From positions 1 through 61,690 of IMG/VR virus record IMGVR_UViG_3300048507_001022: a stretch of 61,690 bases of DNA. One strand, written 5' to 3'. Every line of letters starts with the position of its first letter. Position 1 is the first letter of the stretch. This stretch comes from a virus. Its lineage: Duplodnaviria; Caudoviricetes. Shown here piece after piece: positions 38,901-48,444 of the stretch. The notes beneath the pieces are model-generated. The model saw nothing but the letters and a program-made list of their open reading frames with translations, was not told the origin of the DNA and did no database searches. The position numbers were made by a program, and so were the translations under genes.

Positions 38901-41900
38901 AGTTTTTCTTGAGAATCAAGCAAATTCACTTGATCCAAGAATTTGCTTTTTATTTCCAGCTGCGCATTAGCACTTGCTTTTTGAGCAGTAATCATAGCTC
39001 GCTGCAAATTTAATTGAATGATTATACTTTTTTTGCGCTCTTCTGCAACTTTTGTACTATCCTCTACAGTGTCAACAAAATTTTTATAATATTTTGCGGC
39101 CTCCTCATCACCCAAATCTTGTATTTCTTTTTTGTATTCTTCGGGAGTAAATTTTCTTGTTTTTGGTTTGTAATCTTTTCCTAATAACGTACGCTCTTTT
39201 TCGCTTAATATTTCTTCTGCTTCAAATACCATACCTTTAGGTAAAGCATCCAATATTTCAGACATTGAGGATCTAGCTTTTCCTGCAAGCTTACCTTGAG
39301 CTGCGTCAACTAATTCACTCTTAAGCTTTGCAAATCTTTTAGCTGTTTTTCCTTTTTTTGCGGTCGCTAAATTTGATTCAAAAGTTTCGATGCCTGGGGT
39401 GTTTCTGGAAAGTATACCTTGAACAGCAGGCGTTTGACCAAATGCAGCAGCGGCTTGAGATCCCAGTCCCCCCGCATATTCAATTCTGGCTTTTGATTCT
39501 TTTCTTGCAGCTTCTTCTGCTTCGTTTAAACCGCTAACGAGTCCACCGAGGGCTCCAACTGCACCGCCTATTGCCATACCAAGAGGACCAAACATCATAC
39601 CCATGGCGGCTCCGGAACCTGCGCCAGTTAACATTCCCCCTATTGCTGAGCCAGCCCTACCACCAACATTTTCTTCTATAAATCCACCGGCCATAGGTAG
39701 CCCCATCATTAAGCCCATTTGACCTCCTGTGCTACCAAGCATTTTACCTGGTTTTGATTTGCCAAATTTTTTATTCATTGAAGAGAACCCGTGCTTCATC
39801 TTATCCATGGGACGCTTCATGTCATTAAGTCTATTGCTCATATCCAAATGAGCAGAAGCGCTCAAGCTATATTTTTGATTTAAATTATTAGAACCTTTTA
39901 TTAATTGCTCGTGAGATATTTTGCCTTTTTTATATGTGTCTATTAAAGCCGATAAATGCTTATTAGCTTTACCCACAAGCTTTGCGGTTGACCTAAACTG
40001 TCCTGTAGTATCTCTGGGATTAAAATCGCTTTGTTGAAACGCATAATTCGGCACAAACCCATTCGCACCAAACACATCACGCAAACCATTTGGTTCATCT
40101 TTTGTATTGGTTACGCCGAGACCAAGGGGGTTACCTTTACTCATGAGCGCATTGTGTGAACCAACTCTAATTTGTGAAACAGGAACACCTGCAGCTTTCT
40201 CTCGACCTATTGCATCTGATAATGGATCGGCAAAGTTAGGAATAAAACCGTAAGCTTTAGTTTTACCTTTTGTTTTTAAGTGGGAACCAGTGTGTAAACT
40301 GTAAATTTTTCTGGCTAAACTTTTAACATTTTTTGCTGCTGTGTTTATCTTTACTTCTGCGCCATCTTTCCCCTTTACTTCTCCCTTCTCTATGCCGAAT
40401 AATTCGTAAAGTTCTTGGTTGGGGCCTAGATCTATAAGTTCATTTGATTTATCTGAAATTGCTCCCTCTGCACCAAGTTGCCTCAACACAGTTTTTGTTA
40501 CCGCCTCAAAGATATGCCCAGAAACCACAGCCATTTTGCTGTGAGGCAAGTCGGTGTTCAAGTCGTCCTTTTTAATTGGGGGTCTCCCAAGTCTACCCAA
40601 TATTTTATCCGCAACAACTTTACTCTCAGCTTGCAGACTGGAATTCATTTTGTCATCCAGTCTTCCATAAGCCTTTTGTTTATCTGAACTATCTAAAGCT
40701 TTAAATTCTACATCAATTTTTGCTCCATATTTTCCATTTTTCCTTGCATTTTGAAATCCTGCTGCAGTAGCGCTCGCATATATTCCACTGTCTGTACCTG
40801 CGCCTCCTGCGACATAATAGGTTTGCTTGGGAGAGTCAGGACCAAGAGATGCAGATAAACCTATATAGTTCAACGAATTTGGATTAAGGTAGCCATCAGT
40901 CGCTACGTCGCTTGAATTACTGACTTTAGTTTTCCCCTTGTTATTTTTTGCTTTTAATGCGTTTGCTCGCGCTTTCTCCATAATCTCATCCTCAAGATCT
41001 GTTCTGGCATTCCATCCTTGAGGATTTTTTCCTTCCTTAATCATTTTTGTGGCCTCAGTCGCACTTAACTTGGCGTAATTTGGTATATAACCTTTCGCAG
41101 CATAAGGATCGAATCCATGTATACTACCAAATGCTTGTTGATAATTTTTTCCAGCTTTGCTAGACTGAGGAGGCATAATCGCGGGTTGCGTCATACCCTT
41201 GAAATTTTTAACTGTTTCTGCGCTATTATAGATGATTGGCCCTTCACCAGGCATATTCATACTACGAATATTGCCAGCGGCATACCCACCTCTTGCAGCT
41301 TGTTCTCGCTCTGGATGAGCAAAGTTAGGAATATGCCCATAAGCACGACGTCTTTTTGGAGTTAAGTTTGGGCCATAACCTTTTGTATATAATGTAGCGG
41401 CAGCTTGTTTGCTGATTGCATTTAAAGCATTAGCTTCTGCGACTTGAGCCTTAAGTAGCCCTAAAATCATTTTTTCTTTTTCCGTTCTGCTTATATCTGT
41501 TCGAAGCATCTCTTTGCTTAATGCAGCGTTTTGACCAAACAAGGAAACTAAAGACGCTTGAATAGCTTTTTGCTTTTGAGCTTCAGTTGTAATACCTATT
41601 AGAGAAGACAAACTATCTCTTGTAAACTTAAAAGCTTGACCAAAAAGTTTAAAGAATACGGTTGTCAATACAACCAAACCTGGGCCTGTAATAATATTAC
41701 CTATACCCTTGAGTAATCCTGTAGCAAATTTATTTCCTGTACTCTCACCGTCTCCGAGCATAGTGTTAATACCCTCTGCCATACTCTTAACAGCATTTAG
41801 TATTTTTTCCATTCCAGGGCCAAGCGTTATTTCTCCAAGCTTGGAGCTCATTTCTATGATAGAAGTTCCTGTTTGACTAACTAATGCAGATATAGTTTTA

Positions 41901-42961
41901 TTTAATTCTTTATTTTTGTCAATAGCTTCATCTGTAGCGCTTGCAGAAATCTGAGTTGCATTTGCAAGAATACCGTTTTGTTTTGCAGCGTCTCCCAAGA
42001 TAGCTTTTAAAACGTTTATTTGAAAAACGCCACCAACAGTTTGAGCGATTTGCGCTTTTTGGGCTTCGCTTAATGAATCAAAAGTGTTTGCGAGATCAGT
42101 TAATATTCTTTTAGCGCCAAGAGTTTTACCTTCAACATCTCTTACGGCTATACCTAAATTTTCTAATTGATTTAAAGTATCTGTTCTGCCAACACGAGTA
42201 AAAATTGTTTTCAAGGAGTTACCAATAACTTTACCACCTCGGGCAGTTTGTTGTTGTGCAGCAGTTACAATACCAATAAGTTCATCAATATCTACTCCAG
42301 CTCCTTTAGCTGCAGCACCAGTTCTAGAAATAGCGTCAGCGAAATCTTCTGCGCTAACCGCGAATTGAACATCTACAGCTGCAAATTTACTTACCAATTG
42401 AGTAGTATCTTTAATCTGATGACCATAAGTATTCATTGCGGCAGTTAAAGATTTTACTGCTTCAGCAGAATCCATTCCTGTCAATCGAGTAAGAATAAGA
42501 GCGTCTTTTGTACGCTTTAAAGATTCTTCAACACTTAAACCTTGACGAGCGTATTCTGTTGCTGCGTCAGCGGCAATTTTAAAAGAAGACGCGGTATCTT
42601 TTGCAACTTTAAATAAGCCATCACTAAATGCATCTAGATTTTTTGCGCTTAAACCCATGACAACATTTATATCTGCCAATGATTTTTCAACTTCAACCAT
42701 GTTGCGAACCATACCTTTAAATGCATCGGACACACCATTAATAATAGCCATACTCGCACCGAACGCCAAAATACGAGCATTAGCAGCCTCCATGGATTTA
42801 GTAAACTCGTCCGCACCACGTTTCATGTTGCCCAAGGGTTGAGTTGCACCCTTGTCATCGATAGTGATTCTTATTGGGGTTTTGCGGATTCTATTTACCG
42901 CAGCTTGAACCTGCGCCTCAAGAGGCGATGTATTACCATGTACATCAAGATTTATAGCCAT
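35987..42961 (-). CDS. tape measure protein (TP901-like core)
   Basis: 2324 aa, helical and Ala-rich; AATEYARQG, IGNSLKTIFTR; two PAM(V/L)..GEYV motifs. Confidence 0.93.
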   Translation of the reverse strand: MAINLDVHGNTSPLEAQVQAAVNRIRKTPIRITIDDKGATQPLGNMKRGADEFTKSMEAANARILAFGASMAIINGVSDAFKGMVRNMVEVEKSLADINVVMGLSAKNLDAFSDGLFKVAKDTASSFKIAADAATEYARQGLSVEESLKRTKDALILTRLTGMDSAEAVKSLTAAMNTYGHQIKDTTQLVSKFAAVDVQFAVSAEDFADAISRTGAAAKGAGVDIDELIGIVTAAQQQTARGGKVIGNSLKTIFTRVGRTDTLNQLENLGIAVRDVEGKTLGAKRILTDLANTFDSLSEAQKAQIAQTVGGVFQINVLKAILGDAAKQNGILANATQISASATDEAIDKNKELNKTISALVSQTGTSIIEMSSKLGEITLGPGMEKILNAVKSMAEGINTMLGDGESTGNKFATGLLKGIGNIITGPGLVVLTTVFFKLFGQAFKFTRDSLSSLIGITTEAQKQKAIQASLVSLFGQNAALSKEMLRTDISRTEKEKMILGLLKAQVAEANALNAISKQAAATLYTKGYGPNLTPKRRRAYGHIPNFAHPEREQAARGGYAAGNIRSMNMPGEGPIIYNSAETVKNFKGMTQPAIMPPQSSKAGKNYQQAFGSIHGFDPYAAKGYIPNYAKLSATEATKMIKEGKNPQGWNARTDLEDEIMEKARANALKAKNNKGKTKVSNSSDVATDGYLNPNSLNYIGLSASLGPDSPKQTYYVAGGAGTDSGIYASATAAGFQNARKNGKYGAKIDVEFKALDSSDKQKAYGRLDDKMNSSLQAESKVVADKILGRLGRPPIKKDDLNTDLPHSKMAVVSGHIFEAVTKTVLRQLGAEGAISDKSNELIDLGPNQELYELFGIEKGEVKGKDGAEVKINTAAKNVKSLARKIYSLHTGSHLKTKGKTKAYGFIPNFADPLSDAIGREKAAGVPVSQIRVGSHNALMSKGNPLGLGVTNTKDEPNGLRDVFGANGFVPNYAFQQSDFNPRDTTGQFRSTAKLVGKANKHLSALIDTYKKGKISHEQLIKGSNNLNQKYSLSASAHLDMSNRLNDMKRPMDKMKHGFSSMNKKFGKSKPGKMLGSTGGQMGLMMGLPMAGGFIEENVGGRAGSAIGGMLTGAGSGAAMGMMFGPLGMAIGGAVGALGGLVSGLNEAEEAARKESKARIEYAGGLGSQAAAAFGQTPAVQGILSRNTPGIETFESNLATAKKGKTAKRFAKLKSELVDAAQGKLAGKARSSMSEILDALPKGMVFEAEEILSEKERTLLGKDYKPKTRKFTPEEYKKEIQDLGDEEAAKYYKNFVDTVEDSTKVAEERKKSIIIQLNLQRAMITAQKASANAQLEIKSKFLDQVNLLDSQEKLLGGLISEEQKVRIKYNKSLLKASEAYEAGAEEAAKTYKTGLIQDITSKPAVQQELKKELFGGEAGDKTMVDVTGKLAKMNAKELEAILLKIGKTQQEANEIVSNRNLLYENAIDTLKKQEQLTNKQSQLERDLNMKLTERKTLMENINREMDSYVSNLDYASKLRGISSELQAARFGAGPARTQQEIFAEQQRLVGERQQNIQSEYIKSALSTTKSFADKVGLSEEQRMQIIQDPSKLSEISATAISAQEEVLKSKAGYDPSLYIKKLTEDTTKRQEQLTEFSTRPEADQKTDKKQYEEAQKTQKKELEELQLLKTLQQSINDAKAEQTKESKKITEELERQVGLKDAQISKEEKLQRIREKEYARKTGPGAFGEGMKDARIEMGKQVKMMNYELGQNIPRNFADGLASAMTDALNGAKDLDDALTDAAINFLGAIQQALMQQAAYSIVGGLGFNMNPRSRGGNIRNYSRGGGVPAMVTNGEYVMNRNAVNKYGGAFMHSLNAGGKLPGFSNGGSTMGLAQAFGQPINPAPRGIKQTSLAEAFAPRPEYSMMPQRTMGQRMTSFLDDENNMRLYQQEFKKAQAAASFKKTPSSGLAAFFEGSPQSPMSKPNPLSETGSKAALGQSGFIDNLFGGLFKMIFAPFKAIGSMLGMGKYYGGSIRGFADGGAVPGSAVSAGFGGGKHVVSGRAYQSKPMSGYFYSGQAGSVALQEDESALMGVLAAEEKKRQEALAKKAKRRALLQQVIGTVANVGINYAMQGINLGGADSTPLSGDQGGGATITPVSEGGSGVMRHALDLDDATLARFNMSGLSGRLKGPRRFGVNNNYLGGKINKYASGGHISGKSGIDQIPAMLSEGEYVIRASSARQLGKPMLDMINAGKFNEGGPVTPMQESSDSGISGGNTNNINISINMERGKSSEEKSSDSDVGTNPAEKSEEQQNSSQLAERIKAQVVSVIVEEQRPGGLLSGKS
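40040..41344 (-). repeat. four AxG(F/Y/H)(I/V)PN(F/Y)A peptide motifs in the TMP
   Basis: 41318-41344 AYGHIPNFA; 41072-41098 AKGYIPNYA; 40229-40255 AYGFIPNFA; 40040-40066 ANGFVPNYA. Confidence 0.9.
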
Positions 42962-42996
42962 ATTACCTTATTCCTTAATTCAGGTAATTTATACAC
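42962..42996 (-). promoter_or_regulatory. GTGTAT motif plus hairpin covering the SD of the TMP gene
   Basis: GTGTATAA-ATTACCT-GAATTAAGGAATA-AGGTAAT-ATG. Confidence 0.55.
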
Positions 42997-43001
42997 TAAA
43001 A

Positions 43002-43988
43002 TTATGTCACACCATGTAATTTCATTAAATCTTGCATATTTAGCTTGCCACCTTTTTTCTTTGCTTCGTCATGCAAGCTCTTCCCACCAGTGGGTTTTTT
43101 GATCCCAAGATACTCATAATCTTCATCTTTTGCGCCAACAAGAGTTCCTGCGTCTCCTTTTGATAATTTATCTTTTACTTTTTCTCTTTCTTCTTTTGAA
43201 CTGCTACCAAATTCTAATAATTTTGCTGGATCTTGTTTAATATTTTCTGGTATATTTTCATTTGTATCAAATATATTTTTAAATACTCTAGTAAATACTA
43301 TCAATCTTATTTGGTTGTATGTTAAATCACAAAATGCTTTTCCATAAAATTGCATACTATCTTCAGCAAAACTTAAATATGGACTATAAAAATCTTCTAA
43401 TATTGTATATTGTATATTTTCTTCATCAAAAGCGGTAAAAATATGATTATAATTTAAAATATATTTTTTGATATCATGATCTTCCAATTCATCATAAGAT
43501 TCTTCATTAAATAAAACCTGACTTAAATCTTTATCTTTATAAAAACTTTTAATCATATAAAAATCATTCATACGATCTTTTGCATATTTTTCGCAAGTAT
43601 TACCAAGAAGATTAGCTTTTTGCGCGCTTTTCTCAATCAGCTCTTTTTCTTCTTTTTCAATAAGTGCGGCCTGTTTATCGATGGCGCTTTTAAGAACCAT
43701 TTTATTTTTAGCCGTTCTTAATCTTTCTAAAAAGCCTTGCTTTTCTTGAATGATCGCATCATCCTTGTCGCTCCACTGACCTTCCTTTTTAAGAAATTCC
43801 ATCATTTCAACTTCAGATGGAACACCTCGCTTTTGCGCGACTTTGTAATATTTTTCTTCTATTTCCTCGAGTTCAACCTGATCGTGAGGAGTCAGGTGTT
43901 TAATATATACAAAATCTTCGTCTATGATCGCAGTAGAATAGCCGCGAACAACGTCTCTAAATATTTTTCTGCGCTTGACAGTTTCCAC
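43002..43988 (-). CDS. putative tail assembly chaperone
   Basis: Charged helical protein directly upstream of the TMP; call is positional. Confidence 0.45.
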   Translation of the reverse strand: METVKRRKIFRDVVRGYSTAIIDEDFVYIKHLTPHDQVELEEIEEKYYKVAQKRGVPSEVEMMEFLKKEGQWSDKDDAIIQEKQGFLERLRTAKNKMVLKSAIDKQAALIEKEEKELIEKSAQKANLLGNTCEKYAKDRMNDFYMIKSFYKDKDLSQVLFNEESYDELEDHDIKKYILNYNHIFTAFDEENIQYTILEDFYSPYLSFAEDSMQFYGKAFCDLTYNQIRLIVFTRVFKNIFDTNENIPENIKQDPAKLLEFGSSSKEEREKVKDKLSKGDAGTLVGAKDEDYEYLGIKKPTGGKSLHDEAKKKGGKLNMQDLMKLHGVT

Positions 43989-43993
43989 GCATA

Positions 43994-44812
43994 TTAAATT
44001 TTACCTTCTTCGATATCTTGATCTAGTTTTTCAAAGTCTTTATGAGATACTGCTCCAGAGCTATAGTACCAAAAACTAAATAGTGCGGCAACTTTACTTC
44101 CAATCAAATTGTAAATTTCTCCGCCTTCTTCTTCGAGCTCATAATATCTTTCTAATTTTTGTTCAAAATCAAGACCCTCAAATAAAGGACTCATTTCATC
44201 TTCATCATTTTTCTGCACATGAGTCAAATGTAAAATATACCATTGAATCACTTTATTTTCTGCGCGAACATCTGCAGTATGATTAAATAAATTAGAATAT
44301 GAAGTTTCAACATTAATAATGTCTTTTCTTAAATTTGTAATTTGTTCAGAGATTTCTTCCAATCTCTTTTCATTGTCTTCAGTTAAATTTGTCTTCAATC
44401 GAATTCTTTCGCTTTCTTGAGACAGCTCACCATAAGTAATATACATTTTGGTCAAAGCTTTTGCGTCGTCTTCGGGTAGAAGTCCACCTGTATCACTGTA
44501 TTTCTTAGCGAGCATGGCTTTCGTGAGTATTCCTTTTTTCACGCATTTACTCATCTCTACGCTAAACTCAAGCTCGGCTTCTTCAATCTGCCTACGAGTT
44601 GGTTGCTTCATGACCAATCTGTAAGGAACATTATCCTCAACTTCTTTAGTAATAGAAACCTCTTCTTCTTCTCCAGTCTCTTCGTTCTTGACTACCTTGG
44701 TTTCAGTTTGCTTTGTTTTTTCTTTCTTTTCAAACGTGAAGCTATAAATCTCGCGTAATTTCTTGCGAGTATCATCCATTGTAGGAGTTTTTTCTAATGT
44801 TGTATCTGCCAT
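43994..44812 (-). CDS. putative tail assembly chaperone
   Basis: Acidic coiled-coil protein upstream of the TMP; call is positional. Confidence 0.45.
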   Translation of the reverse strand: MADTTLEKTPTMDDTRKKLREIYSFTFEKKEKTKQTETKVVKNEETGEEEEVSITKEVEDNVPYRLVMKQPTRRQIEEAELEFSVEMSKCVKKGILTKAMLAKKYSDTGGLLPEDDAKALTKMYITYGELSQESERIRLKTNLTEDNEKRLEEISEQITNLRKDIINVETSYSNLFNHTADVRAENKVIQWYILHLTHVQKNDEDEMSPLFEGLDFEQKLERYYELEEEGGEIYNLIGSKVAALFSFWYYSSGAVSHKDFEKLDQDIEEGKI

Positions 44813-44815
44813 GAT

Positions 44816-45103
44816 TTATTTAAATGTGAATTCTATAGTATAATTATCAAATTCTCCTTCGATATTTCTAATACTTTCGTTACCAATATCTAAAGTTCTT
44901 TTGCGAAGATATTGTAATTTGTCTTCATCGAAGTAATCTGCTTGTTCGATAATAGGTCTACAGCCTTCGGGCAGATTATCCCTAAGCTTATCAAATTGTA
45001 TTTGATGCTCTTGATGTAAATCCTCCAGAATAACGAGGAAACCCTTAAATAGGGAAACCGTATTCCTTTGGCAATATTTTTTAAAAATGCCTTCTGCGTC
45101 CAT
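44816..45103 (-). CDS. hypothetical protein (start revised from 45133)
   Basis: ATG 45103 follows AAGGTATAAGGT; the track's GTG is part of the GTGTA motif. Confidence 0.6.
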   Translation of the reverse strand: MDAEGIFKKYCQRNTVSLFKGFLVILEDLHQEHQIQFDKLRDNLPEGCRPIIEQADYFDEDKLQYLRKRTLDIGNESIRNIEGEFDNYTIEFTFK

Positions 45104-45162
45104 ATAAACCTTATACCTTGGAATTAGATACACAAAAAAATAGCTTTAGTGTAAATGTATTC
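45104..45162. promoter_or_regulatory. divergent pair of GTGTA motifs
   Basis: GTGTA on minus strand at 45129-45133 and on plus strand at 45149-45153, each facing a gene. Confidence 0.6.
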
Positions 45163-45621
45163 ATGGCAGAATTTTTAACAGCTTCAGAAAGAGCAGCAAT
45201 GGCGGCAAATTTACTTGATCTTCATGATACATTCGGCAGAGACATAGTCGTATACAAAGAAGCTAAAAAGGTTATTATAAGTACTGATCCTAATTACAAT
45301 TATTTATATGGATCAGGTGGAGCCTCTACGCAGAGCGTTCAAAATGTTCCTGTTAAGAAAGTATTTAAAGCAAGAATCAGATACGACACAGATCGTAGTT
45401 TGGAATTTTACGGCGAAACAGATACTCAAGTAAAAGTAAACAGAATAGATCCTAATTCTACAGTCAGAATAAAATTAAAAGTTGAAGATTACGAATACAT
45501 AAAAGAAGCAAAAAGAATTGAGCTTGACGGCAGAATGTTTCATGTTGAATCTGATCCAAGATCTCACGGATTGTTTGATGTTGTACAATTTATAACATTA
45601 TTTTTAAGACCAATAGAATAA
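45163..45621 (+). CDS. head closure / head-tail joining protein (start revised from 45118)
   Basis: Beta-rich, RIELDGRMFHV; first gene of the neck-to-tube cluster. Confidence 0.55.
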   Translation: MAEFLTASERAAMAANLLDLHDTFGRDIVVYKEAKKVIISTDPNYNYLYGSGGASTQSVQNVPVKKVFKARIRYDTDRSLEFYGETDTQVKVNRIDPNSTVRIKLKVEDYEYIKEAKRIELDGRMFHVESDPRSHGLFDVVQFITLFLRPIE

Positions 45622-46247
45622 TGCGTACTCCATTAAATAAATCTCTACAAAAAACAATAAGAAGTCAAGTAAAAAATGATAAAAGGCTTTTTATACAAAT
45701 AAATAATATGATTAATGGTCAATTTAGATCAGCTAAAGAAAAATTAATCAAAGAATTTGAAGAACATGCAATAACAAAAGAATTAAAAGCTGGCCCATCC
45801 GCATCAAATATTAGCGGAATTGTACCAAAAGGTAATCTTTTTAGTTTTATTGGTTTTGAAAGTGGAGAAGATCCAACAAAAGGAATAGAAAATTTACTAA
45901 ATCAAACTAACATATTAATTAAACAAAGACCAATGGGAAATTTAGGACTAATATGGACATATGCAATTAATATTGCTCCAATCGCCGAATTTTACAGTGC
46001 AACTCCATTGCCTTGGGCTAGTGGAGCGAGTTGGTTGCGCCAGCTTGAAGGAGGAGGAATACCAAATTTAGGACAATATCTTTTTAAAAGAGCTCCGTCA
46101 AGCAGGTCGGGCACAGGAGTGCAGTCGAAACTCAGAGAAGGTGGAGGCAGAGCCAAAGCTAAATATCTCAAACCTTTACTAGAAAAATTTGAAAGAGAGA
46201 TTAATTCAATTTCTGGAGCAACAAGAATTTCAAAACGCTATTTCTAA
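45621..46247 (+). CDS. putative neck / tail completion protein
   Basis: Basic protein between head closure and terminator-like genes. Confidence 0.4.
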   Translation: MRTPLNKSLQKTIRSQVKNDKRLFIQINNMINGQFRSAKEKLIKEFEEHAITKELKAGPSASNISGIVPKGNLFSFIGFESGEDPTKGIENLLNQTNILIKQRPMGNLGLIWTYAINIAPIAEFYSATPLPWASGASWLRQLEGGGIPNLGQYLFKRAPSSRSGTGVQSKLREGGGRAKAKYLKPLLEKFEREINSISGATRISKRYF

Positions 46248-47092
46248 TGAAGCCGCAATTCCAACATCAATTAACAACCAGCTTCATGTTATGGGCTGAT
46301 AATTTTATAACAAGAAAAGGCGAAGCTTACAAAAACTATACTTCTACTTTTTATCCCACACAAGATGCAAGATTTGGTGATGGATATGCAATATATAGTA
46401 GCCCACACAAGCAATGGGTATTTGATAGCAGCATTGGTGGCGCAGAAGTTCCAACGGGAATATATGATAACGGAACACTCATAGGAAGAGGAGAGCATGA
46501 TTTAGCACTTGATTTTGATAATGGCAGAATAATCGCCGATTCATCATTAGGTTTAAATAAAAGCACAATAAGCGGAACATATGCAGTAAAAGATTTTAAT
46601 TTTTATATCACAAATCAAACAGAAGAACAATTAATTATTGAAAGCAAATTTGATTCAAACAGTCGATTCAAACAAGAATTATCAGGAATCGCTCCTTATA
46701 AACAAGTTGTGCCAGCTATTTTCGTTAACCCTGAGACGGCAGAGAATGAACCTTATTCTTTTGGAGGAGAAGATAAAACTAGAACAAATATAAGATGCGT
46801 TGTTTTTGCGGAAAATACATATCAGCTTGACGGCGCACTATCTATTTTTAATGATTCCAAAAATGAAGTTTTTCATAAAATGGAGTTCGAAGATTATCCG
46901 TTAAACGAATTTGGTGACGCAGTAAATTATAATTATGAACAAGCAGTTTCCGAAAAAGGCAGAAACTTTTTTCATATAGAAGATGTTAATGTTTCAAAAT
47001 TAAGTGATAGAGTATCTAAAAATGTAGATCCAACATTATTTGTAGGTTTTATTGACTTTGATATTACAAACACTAGATTTCCAAGAAGTTAA
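46247..47092 (+). CDS. putative tail terminator / neck protein
   Basis: VPAIFV...EPYSFGG....IRCVVFAE; directly precedes the major tail gene. Confidence 0.5.
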   Translation: MKPQFQHQLTTSFMLWADNFITRKGEAYKNYTSTFYPTQDARFGDGYAIYSSPHKQWVFDSSIGGAEVPTGIYDNGTLIGRGEHDLALDFDNGRIIADSSLGLNKSTISGTYAVKDFNFYITNQTEEQLIIESKFDSNSRFKQELSGIAPYKQVVPAIFVNPETAENEPYSFGGEDKTRTNIRCVVFAENTYQLDGALSIFNDSKNEVFHKMEFEDYPLNEFGDAVNYNYEQAVSEKGRNFFHIEDVNVSKLSDRVSKNVDPTLFVGFIDFDITNTRFPRS

Positions 47093-47154
47093 TTTCCCTT
47101 TTTTCAACAAAAAATGTAACATAGATAAGTATAACAATTTTAACCTAAAATATT

Positions 47155-48441
47155 ATGGCAAATTCAAGAGCACGAGTAATTTATCAAAGTGAAGCATTAT
47201 ATGCTGGAACAGTTGATGCCACAGGGCAACACTTTACTGTTTCAGGGCTTAATTCTGCAGGGTTCGTAGGCGCGAACAAACTTTCAGATGCAGAGACAGT
47301 AACAGGAAACGCGGGTGGCGGAGAAATTCGCAACGGAATTCAGCAGCTTCGTAGAGTACAAAGCGCAAATTACAGCTTTACAATCAATAGGCAAGATGTA
47401 AACCAATTTGGACAACTCGCAAGAATTGACTCGGTACCAATTGACCCACCAACAGTTAACTTAGATTTCTCATACTATTTAACCAACGGAGTTAACGAAA
47501 AGATTTTAGGCTTTAATATTGATGGACAAACTAGCGCCCTACCAGCTGAAGTGCTCTTAGGTGGAAGTAGCGATAGCGCAAATCCAGATGGACACAACTT
47601 TTTTATCTTGACCGTACCACAAGGTCAAGACGCGGTAAATAACTCTTCAGTGGCCAGCGATCATAATGTTATAGCTTTAGGAAATGGCTTTGTTACAAAT
47701 TATTCGATTGAAGCTGCTGTAGGAAGTATGCCAACAGCTAGCGTAAGTATTGAAGGTTTAAATTTACAAAGTTACATTGGCAGCGAAAACCTTGACACTC
47801 CCGCAATTAACACTCAATTCGGAACACCAATTGACGGAATTGAATTCTCTATTCCTGATGCGATCAGTGGAGTAACAGATGAACCAACTACAGATACAGA
47901 CGAAGGTATTTCTTGCTTGCGACCAGGTGACATCAGTATGTCTCTCGGTCATGGCAGAGCAGGAGGTTTTGAACTACTTCCTTCTAAAGAGCCTTGGCAA
48001 GATTACGAAGGTTCTGGATCGGCTCATATTCAAAGCTTCAGCATTGATGTGCCGATCAGCAGAACTACATTGCAGCGCTTAGGTAACTCTTTTGGATATA
48101 GTAAAGTTGTAGATTTTCCTGTTAATATTTCTGTTTCTGTTAGCGCAATTTTATCTGAGCTTAAAGCAGGGAATGTTACAGATATTCTTTTTGATAAAGA
48201 AGAGCATGATTTAATTTTCACAATGCGTGAACCAGATCAATATGGTACTGGCGATATCGCAATGCAATTTAGAGTTGGCGCAGCTCAACTTGAAGGTGAA
48301 TCATTTAGTTCCTCTATCGGAGATAATAAAACAGTTGATCTTACATTTACAGCTCAGCTTGGCGGACCTGAAGATACTGCAAGAGGAATTTTCGTTTCTG
48401 GATCAAGAAACGCTCTGAATATAGATCAAAGCTTCGCTTAA
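47155..48441 (+). CDS. major tail tube protein
   Basis: RVQSANYSFTINRQDVNQFG and a second related half IQSFSIDVPISRTTLQRLG. Confidence 0.75.
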   Translation: MANSRARVIYQSEALYAGTVDATGQHFTVSGLNSAGFVGANKLSDAETVTGNAGGGEIRNGIQQLRRVQSANYSFTINRQDVNQFGQLARIDSVPIDPPTVNLDFSYYLTNGVNEKILGFNIDGQTSALPAEVLLGGSSDSANPDGHNFFILTVPQGQDAVNNSSVASDHNVIALGNGFVTNYSIEAAVGSMPTASVSIEGLNLQSYIGSENLDTPAINTQFGTPIDGIEFSIPDAISGVTDEPTTDTDEGISCLRPGDISMSLGHGRAGGFELLPSKEPWQDYEGSGSAHIQSFSIDVPISRTTLQRLGNSFGYSKVVDFPVNISVSVSAILSELKAGNVTDILFDKEEHDLIFTMREPDQYGTGDIAMQFRVGAAQLEGESFSSSIGDNKTVDLTFTAQLGGPEDTARGIFVSGSRNALNIDQSFA

Positions 48442-48444
48442 TAT

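Noticed and set aside
43985-44005. Programmed -1 frameshift between the putative tail chaperones
   Set aside because: AAATTTA is present but out of register with the upstream frame, and the -1 frame has a TAA immediately before it
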